Part shown: piece after piece, positions 8,368 through 17,649 of the stretch
Position numbering within the stretch: position 1 is the first letter of the stretch
How the letters are laid out: each line of letters starts with the position of its first letter
Origin: an uncultured virus (IMG/VR IMGVR_UViG_3300032330_002160)
Lineage: Duplodnaviria > Heunggongvirae > Uroviricota > Caudoviricetes
Length of the DNA stretch: 53,949 nt
IMG/VR virus record: IMGVR_UViG_3300032330_002160
Strand: one strand, 5' to 3'
Position numbers and translations under genes: made by a program
The notes under the pieces: model-generated
The model's database searches: none
Told to the model about the DNA's origin: nothing
What the model saw: only the letters and a program-made list of their open reading frames with translations

Positions 8368-10604
8368 CAGCAGATAGAGTAAAAGAGACTACGATAATTG
8401 TTGGGACTGGGACAGTCTCTTTGCTTGGAACTTCAACTGGATTTCGTACATTTGCTTCGCAAATGACGGTTGGAGATACTTGCTCTTACATAATTTCCAA
8501 TGCTTCTGGGAGTGAGTGGGAATCTGGGATAGCCACCTATTCGTCGGCTAACACTTTAACTAGGACATCTGTTAAGTCTTCAAGTAATTCTAATAATCGT
8601 GTAGTCTTTACTGGTGGTGTCAAAGATGTATTTATTGGGGTTACGGCTGATTCTGTAGTAGATAAAAATAACGCAAGATTAAATACAATTAATGCTATTC
8701 CTGTTGCTTCTGGTGTTGGTAACGATTTGACTTTGATTGCTGGATCGGGCGTAGGTGTTGGGGCGGGTGGAAATATTGTTCTTACTCCGGGATCTCAGGG
8801 AAGTTCTGGAGGGGATGGTAAGGTATTAATTGATGGTTTGACTGTTGGGGGCGCTGGCAGTCTTTCAAACGCAGCTTTAGGTTATAACGCTTTAAAAGAA
8901 GGCGCAAGTATATGGAGTGTTGCAGTTGGTTCAGAAGCATTAGCAGTAAATAGAGGATTGGGCAATTCAGCCTTGGGTGCGTCAGCACTTAAAAATAATA
9001 CCAATGGTAATGGTAATACTGCAATTGGTGACAAATCTAGTTTTTCTAGCACTGAAGGTAGTGTCAACACATCTATTGGTGGAATATCATTATATGAGCT
9101 TACTACTGGCAGTAATAATATAGCATTAGGTGCATATGCAGGTAATTCATTAACTACCGGCTCTAATAACATTTTTATTGGCGTATCCGTTAATTCGCCT
9201 ACTGCTTCTACATCTGATTTCCTCACTATTGGCAACGTCATTTTTGCCTCAGGAGGTTTTGGAACCGGAACTACAGTTGGCGTAGGTAATGTCGGTATTG
9301 GTCAAAATGCTCCCACATCCAAACTTCATGTCAAAGGAACTTCCGCCTCAACGAAAGTCGCAATCGTTCAGGGTGCTTCCTCTCAGACCGCAAATTTGCA
9401 AGAGTGGCAGGACAGTAGTGGAAATGCTGTTGCCTACATTAAGAATGATGGTAGTATTTGGACTACAATTAATCCAATCAATTACACTTATAGTGGAACC
9501 TTAACGGTTCCACCTATTATAATATTGGGGCCGCCCAATCCAGCACAAATTGGTAGTAGTGTTGCTGATTACTCTAGCAAATGGGTGTCAACAATCACAC
9601 TAAGTACTGCCAATTTATCGCTTACATCAATTAGTTTTACGGATGTTCAGGGTATAAATGGCAGTTTTAATCCTACTAGCTTGCCTACTCTTACTTCATT
9701 GAATTTACCATCGTTGACAACAGTTGGTGGTAGCTTTAGTCCCAACACTATGGCTTCTCTTACTTCGTTGAGTTTACCAGTGTTGACAACAGTAGGTGGC
9801 ACCTTCCAGCCTCAAAGCATGGCTGCTGTTACTTCTATGAGTTGTCCAGCATTGACAACAGTTGGTAACGACTTTACTCCTGTGGTTTTTAATGCTCTTA
9901 CTTCGTTTAATTTTCCAGCATTGACAACAGTTGGTGGCCTATTTGCTCCATCCCGTATGGCTGTTTTAACTTCTATGAGTTTTCCAGCATTAACTACAGT
10001 TGGAGGTAGTGTAAGTCCCGGCAGCGGCATTCCTGCCATGACTGCGCTTACTTCTATAAGTTTGCCAGCATTGACAACAGTTGGTGGTAGCTTTAATCCT
10101 TCCTTCATGAATGCTCTTACTTCGTTGGATATTTCATCGTTAACAACAGTTGGTCTTAACTTTGGTACTAACAACATGGCTGCTCTTACTTCATTCAATG
10201 CTCCAGCGTTGACAACAGTTGTTGGCGTCTTCCTGTTTCAAACCATGGCTGCTCTTACTTCAATTAGCATTCCTATTATTGAACGAATTGGGACTACTAC
10301 AACTTCTGGTAGCGTCATAGCTTTAACTTCAGGCACCGCAGCCCTCACCACATTCCAGTTGCCGTCTACTCTTAAGCAAATTGGTAATGGTGCAGGTAAT
10401 GTGGTTATTACTTCAGCTGCGCTAAACCAAGCGTCAGTAGACAGTATCTTGGTTCAACTTGCAGCTTTGGATGGTACGAATGGTACTACTTTGTTTAGCA
10501 CTAGAACTGTTACAATTACAGGAACATCCTCCACACCTTCTGCCACAGGCCTAGCAGCAAAAGCGACTCTTGTTGCTCGTGGATGCACAGTAACTACAAA
10601 CTAA
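8355..10604 (+). CDS. Fibre/receptor-binding protein with DRVKET-type anchor, beta-roll repeats and L-domain-like repeats
   Basis: N-terminal ADRVKETT..GTG anchor; NxAxGxxAL YadA-head-like repeats; 23-aa LTSxxxPxLTTVGG repeats. Confidence 0.75.
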   Translation: MPYITADRVKETTIIVGTGTVSLLGTSTGFRTFASQMTVGDTCSYIISNASGSEWESGIATYSSANTLTRTSVKSSSNSNNRVVFTGGVKDVFIGVTADSVVDKNNARLNTINAIPVASGVGNDLTLIAGSGVGVGAGGNIVLTPGSQGSSGGDGKVLIDGLTVGGAGSLSNAALGYNALKEGASIWSVAVGSEALAVNRGLGNSALGASALKNNTNGNGNTAIGDKSSFSSTEGSVNTSIGGISLYELTTGSNNIALGAYAGNSLTTGSNNIFIGVSVNSPTASTSDFLTIGNVIFASGGFGTGTTVGVGNVGIGQNAPTSKLHVKGTSASTKVAIVQGASSQTANLQEWQDSSGNAVAYIKNDGSIWTTINPINYTYSGTLTVPPIIILGPPNPAQIGSSVADYSSKWVSTITLSTANLSLTSISFTDVQGINGSFNPTSLPTLTSLNLPSLTTVGGSFSPNTMASLTSLSLPVLTTVGGTFQPQSMAAVTSMSCPALTTVGNDFTPVVFNALTSFNFPALTTVGGLFAPSRMAVLTSMSFPALTTVGGSVSPGSGIPAMTALTSISLPALTTVGGSFNPSFMNALTSLDISSLTTVGLNFGTNNMAALTSFNAPALTTVVGVFLFQTMAALTSISIPIIERIGTTTTSGSVIALTSGTAALTTFQLPSTLKQIGNGAGNVVITSAALNQASVDSILVQLAALDGTNGTTLFSTRTVTITGTSSTPSATGLAAKATLVARGCTVTTN
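9690..10290 (+). repeat. About eight tandem 69-nt (23-aa) coding repeats
   Basis: Recurrent cttacttc...cca(g/t)c(a/g)ttgacaacagttggtgg units. One unit has a 4-aa insertion. Confidence 0.9.
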
Positions 10605-10613
10605 GGAGAAAAT

Positions 10614-10802
10614 ATGAGCATTACAACAATAGGTCCAGATCCGTCTTGGAGACTTGTATTCAATGATACGGATGTTTTGATGCTAGAAAATCTTCATGGA
10701 TACACTTCTACGCTACACAATGTATTTGAATCACAATCTAAACAAGAATGTTTGGATAAAATTGCAGAATTAGGTTTAAAATATACTCCAGAAGAAGAAT
10801 GA
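10614..10802 (+). CDS. Small hypothetical protein (possible fibre assembly factor)
   Basis: AGGAG RBS; 62 aa; directly after the fibre gene. Confidence 0.6.
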   Translation: MSITTIGPDPSWRLVFNDTDVLMLENLHGYTSTLHNVFESQSKQECLDKIAELGLKYTPEEE

Positions 10803-10809
10803 GATTATT

Positions 10810-11007
10810 ATGTTCGGATATAATCCATACGCTGCGTCTCCCTATGGAATTTTATCAAATAATATTTTATTAGTTGCATCATGTATACATGTTGATTCTC
10901 AATTATTGTATCAATGCGAGTCTTCTACAACGATAGTTTATACGGCAACTGTCAGTCAATCTATGGTGTATTTAACTGATGTAAATATTACTGAGGGGGA
11001 ATGTTAA
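10810..11007 (+). CDS. Small virion protein with MFGxxPYAxxPYG N-terminus
   Basis: Fills the gap between genes. This type of N-terminus often accompanies DRVKET-type fibre genes (recalled, not searched). Confidence 0.5.
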   Translation: MFGYNPYAASPYGILSNNILLVASCIHVDSQLLYQCESSTTIVYTATVSQSMVYLTDVNITEGEC

Positions 11008-11009
11008 AT

Positions 11010-11750
11010 ATGATAGGTTTAGGACTTGGCATCTGGCAATCTAACGCCTCTAGATTCAACCCCTTATCGCTTTCCCCTGCGCTTTGGCTTGATGCGTCGG
11101 ATGCTTCGACCTTGTTTCAAAACGGCGTGGTGGCTGCGTCTGCTGATGGGGATCCGGTTGGCGTTTGGCGGGATAAATCTGGGAACAATCGCCACGCCAT
11201 CCAACTCAGCGGCTCCAACAAACCAACGCTGAAAACCGCAATTCTAAATTCCAAAAACATTGTCCGAACCAACGGCACAAGCTCTTTTATGGTCATACCA
11301 TCCACTACCATGGATGCTCCATTTTCCCTCTATTTGGTCGTAAAAAAGCCAAGTTCGGCAGCCGTGATGGAATTGGCTGGAATATCTACGACAGCCGCAA
11401 GATACTTATTTGAAAATTATTCCGATTCCAAAACCTATTTTCCATTTAAAGCATCTTCAACAAGCAGTTTAAATATTTTTGTTTCTCCTGTGATGGATAT
11501 TTATTCATCTTTTGTTTTGCTCAATGTGAGCACCGATGGAACAACCGGCACACTAAAAAGAAATAATAATGCCGTAAGCAACACGCCAACCAATTCCTCA
11601 ATTAGCGCCGTTTGGGATACGCTTTTTAAGGGGGATAATTCATTCGGTTCGCAAGATGTTGCCGAAACCTTGTGGTTTCAATCGGCACATAACGCAACAA
11701 CGCAAGGGCTAATTAACGACTACCTAAACACCAAATGGGGGATATACTAA
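11010..11750 (+). CDS. LamG-like lectin, candidate head fibre (MIGLGLG N-terminus)
   Basis: GAGGGGG spacing favours ATG 11010 over 11001. LWLDASDASTLFQ..DGDPVGVWRDKSGNNRHA and YLNTKWGI are LamG-type motifs. Confidence 0.7.
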   Translation: MIGLGLGIWQSNASRFNPLSLSPALWLDASDASTLFQNGVVAASADGDPVGVWRDKSGNNRHAIQLSGSNKPTLKTAILNSKNIVRTNGTSSFMVIPSTTMDAPFSLYLVVKKPSSAAVMELAGISTTAARYLFENYSDSKTYFPFKASSTSSLNIFVSPVMDIYSSFVLLNVSTDGTTGTLKRNNNAVSNTPTNSSISAVWDTLFKGDNSFGSQDVAETLWFQSAHNATTQGLINDYLNTKWGIY

Positions 11751-12148
11751 TGCATACCATTTGGGTTCACCAAGTTTATGTCCTAGGCGAAGCCGCCGCC
11801 ATGCCGGGGGCAATTGCCGCTTTGGATATCGCCTTCCCTTGCGACGATGGTTCGCTACGGGATGCGGCCCACCCAGAATATTATGCCGCAAAATACTCCG
11901 TCAATGGCCAAGCGCCAGCAACGCACTACGGAGCGGCCTTCGTAGTCACAGAGGAAATTCGCCAAAAATTAGAGGAGCTTGGTTTAGCTCAAACTTCAGG
12001 AATTACTTATTGGCGGACCTCAAATCCTGAAGGAATACTTTCTTCGACTAATTATACAGCCGATTCTGTTAAAATTGGTCAGTCTTGGGACTGGCAGGAT
12101 TGTTTGCAATCACTTGGGCTTAAAACTATTACGCAGGAATTACGTTAA
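11750..12148 (+). CDS. Hypothetical protein coupled to the lectin gene
   Basis: TAATG overlap with the previous stop; GGGGG upstream. Confidence 0.6.
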   Translation: MHTIWVHQVYVLGEAAAMPGAIAALDIAFPCDDGSLRDAAHPEYYAAKYSVNGQAPATHYGAAFVVTEEIRQKLEELGLAQTSGITYWRTSNPEGILSSTNYTADSVKIGQSWDWQDCLQSLGLKTITQELR

Positions 12149-12154
12149 TTTTAT

Positions 12155-12170
12155 GGTGTATTTTTATATA
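12155..12170 (+). promoter_or_regulatory. GGTGTA motif, putative late promoter
   Basis: GGTGTATTTTTATATA, intergenic. Confidence 0.55.
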
Positions 12171-12195
12171 AATATTTCTCTGTGGGGACTTTAAA

Positions 12196-12489
12196 ATGGC
12201 ACAGCAATATGACATAGGCGATATGGTCAGATGTTCTGTCATTTTTAAAGATTTAAATGACGCAGTTATTGATCCTACAACTATTACATTAAAAATTAAA
12301 TTACCAAATGCAACAGTATTAGAATATGTTTATTTAACTGAAGCAGGATTAATTAAAGATTCTGTTGGAAATTATCATTATGATTTTTTAATTACTATGG
12401 ACGGAATGCACATTTTTAAGTGGATTGGAACTGGTAATGTATATGCGGTAGAAGAATCAAGTTTTTTTGTAAACCCAACTAAATTTTAA
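12196..12489 (+). CDS. Small Ig-like/BppU-N-like virion protein
   Basis: YDIGD.VR..V.FKD...DPTT.TLKI..P...GNYHYD...G...KW.GTG beta-sandwich pattern. Confidence 0.5.
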   Translation: MAQQYDIGDMVRCSVIFKDLNDAVIDPTTITLKIKLPNATVLEYVYLTEAGLIKDSVGNYHYDFLITMDGMHIFKWIGTGNVYAVEESSFFVNPTKF

Positions 12490-12500
12490 GGGGATTTAAA

Positions 12501-12899
12501 ATGGCAGTAGCATATCAAGCAGGCGGATTACCAACTAAAGACGGTGGAGCATATTTTTTACGTCCTGAGGGAAATCCTTCGGGGCTGACTACCTCTCTAG
12601 AAAGTCGTGCGCAAAGCGTCACGAATGTCTTTGCTAATGTTTGGCACAAAAACCCATTCAATAATGAAGGCGATAAAGCCAACAATCCAGCTCAAAATTT
12701 AACGGCAGTAAATCCTTCAAATAATGATTTGCCTTATGTGCCTAGAGCTGTTTATGTAGCTAGTGGTGGCAGTATTACCGTTACTATGAGAGACGGTTCT
12801 TCTTCTGTTATTAATAACATTCAAAATGGAACTGTTTTACCAATAAGTCCATTGAAAATTACTGCCGCTACGGCAACTGGACTTGTAATTCTTTGGTAA
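12501..12899 (+). CDS. Putative head spike base protein (RcGTA Rcc01079-like)
   Basis: C-terminal AVNPSNNDL...PRAVYVASGGSITV...G....NNIQNGTVLPI...I.AATATGLVILW matches the spike-base pattern as I recall it. Confidence 0.65.
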   Translation: MAVAYQAGGLPTKDGGAYFLRPEGNPSGLTTSLESRAQSVTNVFANVWHKNPFNNEGDKANNPAQNLTAVNPSNNDLPYVPRAVYVASGGSITVTMRDGSSSVINNIQNGTVLPISPLKITAATATGLVILW

Positions 12900-12925
12900 T
12901 AAATTTTTAATTAGGAGTTTTTAAC

Positions 12926-13276
12926 ATGTCCGACGTTTCTCTTATTGTTGCTTCTTCTCCAGCCGTTATTGCGGCAACTCCAGAAAAAGTATTCGACATC
13001 TGGTTTTTGGAAAATTTCCAGATTAGAGCTAGTGCTGACAGGACTCAGCCTATTGATCTTGAAACTTTCTGGATTAAAGGTCGGGAAGTTAAAGAAACTG
13101 TTGATGGCGTAGAAACAACTGTTGGTTATGAAACTAATCCTGCGGCTAGAACAAATTATATTGTGCGTGATTTGTTTAATCCTGAAGTATTAGTTCAACA
13201 TCCAGAAATTGCTGTTTTGCTGCCTCAATTTATGCCAGCTTTAGAAGCTGTCGGCAAGAGGTTGGGCGTTCTCTAA
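12926..13276 (+). CDS. Hypothetical virion-associated protein
   Basis: AGGAG RBS; 116 aa. Confidence 0.6.
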   Translation: MSDVSLIVASSPAVIAATPEKVFDIWFLENFQIRASADRTQPIDLETFWIKGREVKETVDGVETTVGYETNPAARTNYIVRDLFNPEVLVQHPEIAVLLPQFMPALEAVGKRLGVL

Positions 13277-13277
13277 G

Positions 13278-13799
13278 ATGGCAAGATTATTCGATATATC
13301 TGATGAGATACGATCAGTTGCAGCTGATGCCATATCTGATTTAATTGATCAGCTTGGCAAAGAATGCAATTTGATTTATCCTCCGGTTTTTGAATCTTGC
13401 GTAAATTGTGTATTTGACGAAATTGGAAATAAATCTGCAAACCATTGGCGGAATGGCGGACCAATCCCATTCCCCAATGGATCTATGTGTCCATATTGTA
13501 ATGGTGCTGGACAACACGCAACAGAAACTTTTAAAACTGTCAAACTTTTAATCTCGGCACCGCCGAAAGAATTTTTAAAAAGTCTGCCCACAACTTTGCA
13601 AGTGCCCGATGGTGTTATTTCAACTAAGGGTTTTATTGCTGATCTTCCGGATGTATTGCAGTGTCGAAAAATGGTTGCCCAAGTCAATATCCAAAATATA
13701 ATTAAATATACATATGAACTTTTTGGCGAACCTATGGACACTAACAATATTGCTCAAGGCAAATTCTGGACTGCTTATTGGAGGAGGGTCGGTGCATAA
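13278..13799 (+). CDS. Putative head-closure/neck protein with CxxC...CxxC insert
   Basis: Located upstream of the tail genes; CVNC...CPYCNGAG. Confidence 0.45.
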   Translation: MARLFDISDEIRSVAADAISDLIDQLGKECNLIYPPVFESCVNCVFDEIGNKSANHWRNGGPIPFPNGSMCPYCNGAGQHATETFKTVKLLISAPPKEFLKSLPTTLQVPDGVISTKGFIADLPDVLQCRKMVAQVNIQNIIKYTYELFGEPMDTNNIAQGKFWTAYWRRVGA

Positions 13800-14431
13800 T
13801 GGCAGGATTCTCCATAAAAATAAATCCACAGCAAACTGAACAAATTTTAAGTAAAGCAATTCAGGATATGCTTCGTGGACAAATAAAAGGTGTCGTTAGA
13901 GCAAATAGAAAAAAAGTTATTGATATTTTTCATCAAAAGTTAGTTGAATCTCCAACCTTTAATGCCCTTATGGACAATTGGGGATTGCAAGGTGATTTGG
14001 GCGTTCAAATAAGTTATGTGGTTGAAACTACTAGATTAATTTCACAAATGATTAATCTAGAAACACTTCCGCCTCGCTCTAAAGACTTAGGTGGAATTCG
14101 TGTGACATTAGTTCGTGATAATTTAGAGCCAATATTAAATTCTCCTTATGCTCAATATGAAACAAGCAAAGGGGTTACAATCCCTTGGTTGGAGTGGCTT
14201 TTAATGGCCGGAACGAATGTGTTAGTGGCTGATTATCAAGTTGCCGCAGAAGAAGATCCCGGTAAATATTCAAGAACTGGAGCATTAATTATGCTTCCTA
14301 ATAGAGGCGGTAATTTTTCAATTGGTGCTAATTACGCTGGAACTATTAACGATAATTGGATTACTAGGGCGGCATCAGCTGCCCTTCCACAAATAGAACA
14401 AATTCTTATGGCGGGACTACGCAATGGGTAA
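13799..14431 (+). CDS. Putative neck/tail completion protein
   Basis: TAATG overlap and GGAGG RBS. PWLEWLL, SRTG and GT.NDNWITRA motifs; synteny. Confidence 0.45.
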   Translation: MAGFSIKINPQQTEQILSKAIQDMLRGQIKGVVRANRKKVIDIFHQKLVESPTFNALMDNWGLQGDLGVQISYVVETTRLISQMINLETLPPRSKDLGGIRVTLVRDNLEPILNSPYAQYETSKGVTIPWLEWLLMAGTNVLVADYQVAAEEDPGKYSRTGALIMLPNRGGNFSIGANYAGTINDNWITRAASAALPQIEQILMAGLRNG

Positions 14432-15395
14432 TGAATTACTTAATAATGTGTCCCAATATGGCGATCCATTAATTAGTGATCAGTTAAAATTTTCATGCTA
14501 TAATTTTTTGGATTGGGGATTGTTAAATGTTGGGGCTTTTACTAACATTAATTTTCCAACATCTGGAGTTTATCCTACTGGAGTTGGATCTCACTCTACC
14601 GCCCCATATGTCTTAAGACTAAGCCGAGATCCACGATATGCTTCCGGAAAAGTATGGGAAGGCTTTAGAAGTAATTGGGTATGGGAAGATTCTCTATCTT
14701 ATGACAAATCGCCCATCGCCATTAGTGGTGTTTATGTAAATGGAACTTTTATTAGTAAAAATGTCACAGGATCTTCTGGGTATAAAATAGTTTATCCTGA
14801 AGGTCGTATTATTTTTAATTCGGCTTTGCCAATCACTAGCCAAGTTAAATGTGAATTCTCTTATAAAAATGTAAAAATTGCCACGGCTGATGCCCCTTGG
14901 TTTCAAGCTGTTCAATTTGATTCATTAAGAGTAGATAGTCCGCAATTTCAACAAACCGGCGGTTCCGGTATGTGGGATGTTCTCTCTCAAAACCGTATTC
15001 AATTGCCAGCTATTGTTATTGAGTCAGTTCCAAGAGTTATTCTTTCGCCATTTGAATTAGGAAACACAAGAAGATATCACAAACAAGAAATAGCATTTCA
15101 TATTATTGCTGAAAACTCTTTTGAAAGAGATCAATTGCACGATATAATTATTAACCAATACGATAAAATTGTTTATGGCATTAATAAAAAGACTATGATG
15201 GCAAGCGGAGTAATGCCTTTATCATATGATGGAACTATCAATCCTTCTGGCTTAAATTATAAAGAAGCTTTAAATAATATAAATTATAGATGGGATGAAT
15301 TTATATTTGATCAAATAAGATCTGCTGAAATAGATGCTAGACCTCCAATGTATAAAGCTGTTGTTAAAGCTTTATTAACTTTAAGTGGTTATTAA
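14424..15395 (+). CDS. Putative tail terminator-like protein
   Basis: Directly upstream of the tail tube. LPAIVIE...FHIIAENSFERDQLHDII resembles tail terminator folds. Confidence 0.5.
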   Translation: MGNELLNNVSQYGDPLISDQLKFSCYNFLDWGLLNVGAFTNINFPTSGVYPTGVGSHSTAPYVLRLSRDPRYASGKVWEGFRSNWVWEDSLSYDKSPIAISGVYVNGTFISKNVTGSSGYKIVYPEGRIIFNSALPITSQVKCEFSYKNVKIATADAPWFQAVQFDSLRVDSPQFQQTGGSGMWDVLSQNRIQLPAIVIESVPRVILSPFELGNTRRYHKQEIAFHIIAENSFERDQLHDIIINQYDKIVYGINKKTMMASGVMPLSYDGTINPSGLNYKEALNNINYRWDEFIFDQIRSAEIDARPPMYKAVVKALLTLSGY

Positions 15396-15398
15396 TTT

Positions 15399-15414
15399 GG
15401 TGTAATTATTTTTG
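15399..15414 (+). promoter_or_regulatory. GGTGTA motif upstream of the major tail protein
   Basis: GGTGTAATTATTTTTG, intergenic. Confidence 0.5.
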
Positions 15415-15451
15415 AACGGTCTCGATGACCTAACAATACAAGGAGTTAATC

Positions 15452-16549
15452 ATGCCAGCAAATCGTATTTTCTATGCTAGTCAAGCTGTTGGTTTACGTC
15501 ATAACCAAGGTAGTGCGCAATTTATGCGGATTCATGGTTTGCAAAGCGTTGGTGTGAATACCAACTTCAATCTTGATGCAGCTTATCAATTAGGCAATAT
15601 TGAGCTTTATGCTAATATCGAAGGTACTCCGGAAGTGGAAGTTACTCTCGAAAAATTACTTGATGGTCGCCCATTAATTTTAGATATGGCTACTGCTACT
15701 GGCGCTAATTCAGTAGCTACTTCAGGTGTTTTTGCAGGTCAAACCAATAAGACTTTAGTAGCTCGTTCTAATGCAAGAACTGACTTGCTTGTTTCTGTTG
15801 CTGATGATACCGTTGATAAAGTTGATACTAGCGTTGGTACTCCTTTAGCGCAATGCTTAGTTAGCGGTGCGTACCTTTCTCAGGTTTCCTACAAGATTCC
15901 TGTCGATGGAAACGCTTCTGAATCGGCCACTATTGTTGGTAATACCAAAATTTGGTATTCTGGTAATGCTGGTAATTTTACTCTTACTGCTACTCAAGTT
16001 GACCCAAATATCAGAATGAGCAGCCTGTATTCAGTTAGCGGTATTGCTCGTCGTCAACATGTTGACATTCTTAACTGTTTATGGCCTAGACAAATTCCCG
16101 GTGTTAATAGCACTGGTGGAATAACTAATGATACAGTTTCTGGATTTACTACTCACTTCCAAAATGTCAATATTAGCTGTCAGCTTGGTCGTGAATCATT
16201 AATGGAACTTGGTCGTAAGATGCCTTACTTCCGTTTCGTTAAATTTCCTGTCGAAGTTACTTCTGAATTTGAAGTTCTCCTTGGTGGTGCCGCTAATCAA
16301 GCTGGAGATTTCATCAGTGCTACAGAAGTTGGTACTGATGGCTCTGGTAATAATCTTCGATATGAAACCATTAAGATTCAACTTAAAGGTAATGATAATA
16401 CTATTCTTAATATATTTGACTTGGGCAGCAGAAATATGCTTACAACCGTTAACTACCAAGGTGGTGGTGTTGATGGAAGCAATGCGTCTGCAACCTATTC
16501 CTACCGCAACTTTAATAACTTAACGGTTAGCGGTAGCACTACAGTATAA
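15452..16549 (+). CDS. Major tail tube protein
   Basis: GLQSVGVNTNFNLD..YQLG..ELY and NISCQLGRESLMELGRKMPYFR (two tube-like repeats). Strong RBS, biased codons, terminator downstream, TMP nearby. Confidence 0.7.
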   Translation: MPANRIFYASQAVGLRHNQGSAQFMRIHGLQSVGVNTNFNLDAAYQLGNIELYANIEGTPEVEVTLEKLLDGRPLILDMATATGANSVATSGVFAGQTNKTLVARSNARTDLLVSVADDTVDKVDTSVGTPLAQCLVSGAYLSQVSYKIPVDGNASESATIVGNTKIWYSGNAGNFTLTATQVDPNIRMSSLYSVSGIARRQHVDILNCLWPRQIPGVNSTGGITNDTVSGFTTHFQNVNISCQLGRESLMELGRKMPYFRFVKFPVEVTSEFEVLLGGAANQAGDFISATEVGTDGSGNNLRYETIKIQLKGNDNTILNIFDLGSRNMLTTVNYQGGGVDGSNASATYSYRNFNNLTVSGSTTV

Positions 16550-16573
16550 AATATACTGTTATAAAATGGTTAT

Positions 16574-16604
16574 AATAAGGCGGGTATTACCCGCCTTATT
16601 TTTT
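16574..16604 (+). terminator. Rho-independent terminator
   Basis: AATAAGGCGGGTA-T-TACCCGCCTTATT followed by a T run. Confidence 0.85.
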
Positions 16605-17649
16605 GGAGAGTGATTTGTCGGAATTATTTTTATCTAGAATTATTTCTGGAAATTTATATTTTAAATATGATAATAAATCATATTGGATTAAATGTCCAAC
16701 TTCATTAGAAAAATATATGGCTCAAATTATTTATGAAGAATCATATAAAAATGCCCTAGAAGAAGGTTTGTATACAGACGATCAAATATTAAATATGTTA
16801 ATAGAAAATAAGATATGGAATGCCGAAAAAGAAAAAGAATTAGAAACAACAAAAAAAGATATTGATATACTTAAAGAAGAATTATTTAAAAATTATTTTA
16901 AATCAGAAACTCGCAATCGAACACGAAAAATGATTGAAATAGCCAAAATAAGAATAATGGAATTATTTGAAGAAAAAAATCAATATCATTATTTAAGTTG
17001 CTCTGGATATGCATCCACAGCTAGAACTAGATATTTAGTAGGATTTAGTCTACGGCGAAGTAATGGGGCGAAAGTTTATTCTGGCAAAAAGTTTATTAAT
17101 ACTCGCACAAAAATTTTAGATGCCGCTATTCTTTTTTACACAAAAAATGAATTAAATGAACATATATATCGTTCATTAGCTAGATCAGATCAATGGAAAA
17201 CTATTTGGAATACATCTAAATATACTAAAAGCTTATTTGGCTGCTCTTCTACAGAACTGACCCAAGAACAAATACAATTAATAAGTTGGTCTAATTTTTA
17301 TGATAATATTGGAGAAAGCCCAGATTGTCCAGAAGAAGAAATTATAAAAGATGATGACGCTTTAGATGGTTGGGCAATTATGCAACGCAAAAAAATGATT
17401 GCTGCTAGAAAACAAAAAACAGCAGATCAAGTATTAGGCAATTTACCAGAAGCTAAAGAAATATTCATACCAGCAGAAAATAAAGAAGATTATGATAAAA
17501 TTAATTCTATGAACGATTATGGGGCGAATATAATAAAGAAAGAAAGATTTGCAGCATTAAATAAGTATGGTACTTTACCAGAAGAATCTATGCCGGATTC
17601 TCAAAGGGAAATTGCAATGATTGCAAATCGAATGGGAGGGCCTAGGTAA
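16603..17649 (+). CDS. Hypothetical protein, possible tail assembly chaperone
   Basis: 348 aa, charged and helical, between tube and TMP. The start may be the in-frame TTG at 16615 after GGAG. Confidence 0.5.
   Translation: MESDLSELFLSRIISGNLYFKYDNKSYWIKCPTSLEKYMAQIIYEESYKNALEEGLYTDDQILNMLIENKIWNAEKEKELETTKKDIDILKEELFKNYFKSETRNRTRKMIEIAKIRIMELFEEKNQYHYLSCSGYASTARTRYLVGFSLRRSNGAKVYSGKKFINTRTKILDAAILFYTKNELNEHIYRSLARSDQWKTIWNTSKYTKSLFGCSSTELTQEQIQLISWSNFYDNIGESPDCPEEEIIKDDDALDGWAIMQRKKMIAARKQKTADQVLGNLPEAKEIFIPAENKEDYDKINSMNDYGANIIKKERFAALNKYGTLPEESMPDSQREIAMIANRMGGPR

Noticed and set aside
9690..10290. CRISPR-like periodic repeats
   Set aside because: These are degenerate in-frame 69-nt coding repeats without unique spacers or cas genes.
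1..12148. Diversity-generating retroelement or invertase shufflon acting on the fibre genes
   Set aside because: No reverse transcriptase or recombinase in the window. Repeated modules differ at all bases, not only adenines, and all are in direct orientation.
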